Below, piece by piece: positions 60,901-64,000 of a stretch of DNA of 64,000 nucleotides. The DNA comes from Marsupella aquatica (lineage: Eukaryota; Plantae; Marchantiophyta). A program made the translations under genes and the position numbers. The notes under the pieces are model-generated. The model did not search any database, was not told where the DNA came from, and saw only the letters and a list, made by a program, of their open reading frames with translations. The stretch lies in NCBI GenBank assembly GCA_973895155.1, contig OZ316893.1, forward strand, positions 25,533,520 to 25,597,519, written 5' to 3'. Within the stretch, counting starts at the first letter, position 1, and each line of letters starts with the position of its first letter.

Positions 60901-61085
60901 CATTGGGAGATTTACCAGCCAAGGTTGAAGTGGCATATTGTGCTCCCCCGGTCCGGCACAGGTTCAAGCCAGAGACCCTCGAAACTTTATTATCCCTTGT
61001 GAAGCCTGGGTACCAGAGGCTAGAGCGGACATATGCAGCTGTGGGCTCTTTCTTGGCGTCACTTCGGAGGGGCGTATCAACATGA
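51912..61085 (+). CDS. KNL1: Kinetochore scaffold KNL1/Spc7, ~1805 aa. Proposed exons: 51912-52339, 52817-56093, 56405-56527, 56650-56760, 56889-56953, 57050-57140, 57302-57490, 57618-57686, 58251-58445, 58911-58993, 59149-59227, 59325-59423, 59532-59630, 59994-60095, 60260-60383, 60529-60616, 60890-61085
   Basis: N-terminal RRVSFA..HIF.RDDEY.TP (PP1-binding RVxF), plant motif D.LTLDST.F and MELT-like repeats. Spc7 coiled-coil pattern (KPQL....CAEL...F..FQKA..GEK..L.KQL) and RWD motifs FPKINA, GNLMNLVEEI, LYLDMTCL..NGYP. All junctions are GT-AG and phase-consistent, though some internal boundaries are uncertain. Confidence 0.88.
53210..54285 (+). repeat. Coding repeat in KNL1: ~3.3 copies of a ~108-112-aa unit
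   Basis: GGD...V.(V/M)E.DS(V/M)TV.PQ....P..F....(S/T)R(D/E)(E/D)NSA...Q.G.A..P.A(E/D)..RA...ER.G..G..T..., starting at ~53213, 53534 and 53864. Confidence 0.9.
54599..55550 (+). repeat. Coding repeat in KNL1: six 42-43-aa (126-129 bp) units plus one degenerate unit, each with an MxLT core
   Basis: KHRARETLNPTEEAEMMLTEEEFTGIDSRATIKMEESPGPNFA units start at ~54599, 54728, 54854, 54983, 55112 and 55241. A degenerate unit lies at ~55430-55550. Confidence 0.95.
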
Positions 61086-62369
61086 AGCAGATGATTAAGT
61101 ATTCACCGCACAGTCCCCAACTTGTAATAAAGTGTACAATAGCGCTGCAGATTCAATGTGTTCGATTGGCCTCGCTACCTCTACCACTTGCAGTGATAGT
61201 CTCGATCGGCATTTGGAGGTGGGATTGACGAGCATTTTAGGCATTGTTAGACCTTGTTCTCTACGAACTGGAGAAGAAGGCCACCCTGCTTCCCTTCGCA
61301 ATCTAGCCACTGTAATAGCGTGAATTCTTTCCCCAATCAACAGGCAGTCTCGATCAATGCCTAGAGTGGGAGTATCGAATGTAAACTCATAATTTACATT
61401 TTTAGAGTGAGCCACAATGTAGTACGAGAGTCCTCTTCTCATCAATGGATGTCTTAGTTGGATAACCTCTCTTGTGCTTCCGTGAGGTTGCTCTGCTCAA
61501 GGCGTTGTCTGTGAAGGAAGGACAGATTCATCAGCACGAACGTCAGCTGGGGAGTGGACAAGGATCGCCTTTTCAGCTGGTCTCCTCCCGTCTGACTTTA
61601 TCGATTCTTCTTTTCTGCGGTTGACCTTAGTACCTGACCTTTCAGTTAGTATCCCTCTCACTTTTTATGTGTCTTAAAATTCTCTCCTGCTTGTCCAGAA
61701 AATCGGGTCCCAGCAGACTGAACTCCAGCTCAATTCAAATTTGTGATATAACTCTGTCAGCTGATCATGTCAGTCTGACGTTGCATGGTGAATCCAGTCT
61801 CTCAGAAGATCCGATTGGCTCCCCTTGACTTCGTATTCTCTACCCATGCAATAACAGCTTCTCCCTCAGAGTCACAGCAGCACGAGAGACTACTGTTATC
61901 AGGTTCTGTGGGTAGATTGTCTGACTTCAGATTCTCAGTTACCCCACCAGGAGATTCCCAAATCCCATGCTATATATATCCAGTCGCTTTTGCCTAGCTG
62001 ACCACTTCTACTGTACCTTACTGATCAAGCCGTTTGATGAGCGATTCTTTGGAACTGATTTGGGGCCGAGAAAGATTTTTAGATCGTGCTTCGTACGTTG
62101 CAGTGGCACTGGTTGGGTCACTCTGCATCCTGGATTGGAAACTGTAGAGATCTCACAACCCTCAACTTCTTTATGGTGACATCTTTATTCATACTAATGA
62201 GTGAAGGCGTTTTCAAACGATGAAGTGCAGTGCGATTGGATCTTCAGTCGAAGAACTACATAGTTCGCATGACATGAGTCCTTAGTACCAGACAAACCAA
62301 TCAGGATCGACTCTATTCCACGGCTCGACAAAATTTCAAGGAGTTCCATTACCAGACACACTCGAGACC

Positions 62370-62700
62370 TCGGTTGGTTAAAATCAATGTTCGACTCCTA
62401 ATCTCTTGGCCATTTTAGTCCACGAAGGAAGGCAGGGACTCCAATCTAAACATCATAGATTAGTGAGAGTCAATCTTTGACACCTAATCTCTTGCCATGT
62501 TAGTCAATGAAGGAAGGCAGGCACTCTTTTTAATATCCTTGATTGGTTAAAATCATTGTTGACACAATCTCTTGGCCATGTTAGTCAATGAAAGAAGGCT
62601 GGCACCCCGATCTAAACATCAGAATTGATTGGTTGCTTAACATCAATTATTGACACCTATTCTCTTCCCCAAGTTTATCAATTAAAAGAATAGTACTTTG
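62370..62700. repeat. Degenerate ~85-90-bp tandem repeat (~4 copies)
   Basis: ttggttaaaatca.t.tt.gaca.ctaatctcttggccat.ttagtca..gaaggaaggc.gg.ac repeated. Confidence 0.75.
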
Positions 62701-63249
62701 GCACTTGAATCTAGGCACCAAAGTTGATACTGGCTTGGGTCAAGGAGGAGGCATAATTATGCTGGTTGCTGTCCGGGGAATTGTTTAACCCGTTGGCTTT
62801 GGACGTCTTTGGGGCTTTACACCTTATCTTTATCTTTGGGGCTCAATTTGTCATTGTTGGCTGGTCTTTGCAGTTTTTTGGTGTAGCGTGCTATTGCCAA
62901 GTTTTTGTCCTTGCTGTCTTCTTTTAGGCAGCTGTGCCTGTTACATTACAGAGAGCTCAAGGGCTCAAGCATCCACTATTTGTCATAGGGCCAAGGAATT
63001 AGGGCTTCTGGACAACTTACTCTTTTGTGACCCTCTTTACCGCGGAGCTTTATGAGGCTTTTGAATAGAATTTTAGTTTGTCCTTGTTGGCTGGTTGTTG
63101 GGGCTCTTGTTGGGGTTTCTGCTTTATTTTCTCCCCATTATTTGGTCTCCTGCCTTTGGGATCTTGACTCTTGGATTGACACTTTTTGTACTTTGACACT
63201 GATATATATATATCAAGCATTGCAGTTTTAGTTTTGTACAATGCATTAG

Positions 63250-64000
63250 AAGATCTTTGTCTAGAGAAGCAATTGAGGGAGTAGCATAATACTCTGTCAG
63301 GGCTCAGGTCTTAGAAAATTCTGGAGCAGTGCTGAAGGTAATAATTATATCTCTATTTCCATTGGGACCCTCAGGGCTTTTATAAGAAGAACTCTCCCTT
63401 GGGAGGGCTCTACATAACACATATATAGTGCGGACCATTTGGCAACATTTGGATGAAAAACTTGACAATTGACGTTGACAACCAAGACAGGTGTTTTATT
63501 TCAAACATGCAAAGGGGATTTTCAATATCAACTCCAAAAGGCAAGATGCAACTACCAAATATTTAATGGCATCTTTCTTTCTATCCTTGCTTTCTGGTAC
63601 AGGTCACTACCCAATGTATATTTGCATCCACTACAATATTTCAAAGGTAGCCACTAAAGCTCCTAGAGTTAGAGTGGTTGGTCCCAAAGGTGCAGAACTT
63701 GTGGTATTCTCACCCTTTGTCATGGAACCTTGCACAAACTTACCACCCCTCATCTGTTGAACTCTGGTTCTTGCCAGGACTCTAAATTGTTCAATCAACT
63801 GCTGTTATTAACCAGGTCAGTGACCAAGAGAGCTTTGGTCACAAGAAGATTGAAAGACTTTTCCTTGTATTTTCTACTCCATACCACCCAAACCACCCCA
63901 ACCATGGCTACTGTACCCGAGTACATACCAAATGTGTTGAGGTTCTACTACTGGACTTTACAGACTTTGTTTGGTTGGTTATTCGACATTCATTGAACCA
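63250..64000 (-). mobile_element. Possible decayed LINE RT remnant
   Basis: Minus-strand peptides KDAIKYL / PFGVD (frameshifted YLG.PFG-like) and HPNVAKW. Many stops. Confidence 0.3.

Overview
Eukaryotic land-plant nuclear DNA. The gene set, spliceosomal introns, TTTAGGG motifs and intronless coding regions with UTR introns suggest a bryophyte or liverwort-like genome (inference). Six host genes are supported: ETF beta (+, 4157-4909), a six-exon SWEET sugar transporter (-, 6674-11054), a plastid USP-fold protein (-, 21271-21990), GAR transformylase PurN (-, 27176-28204), the deubiquitinase UBP6/7 (-, 32534-33982) and a 17-exon KNL1/Spc7 kinetochore scaffold (+, 51912-61085, about 1805 aa) with expanded internal repeats. 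Between them lie the 3' end of a decayed Ty1/copia element, LINE, SINE-like and MITE-like remnants, a hierarchical 52/156/625-bp satellite and two decayed pseudogenes. The most striking structure is a three-layer nest just upstream of KNL1. A MITE-like repeat is interrupted by a 2.6-kb Gypsy-type solo LTR (TSD CTGTT). That LTR is in turn interrupted by a 4681-bp TG...CA element (TSD GGAGG) with no gag/pol and no paired LTRs. About 81% of the inner element is one 1263-codon reading frame, broken only by five point-mutation stops. All coordinates were counted by hand and no database searches were run.
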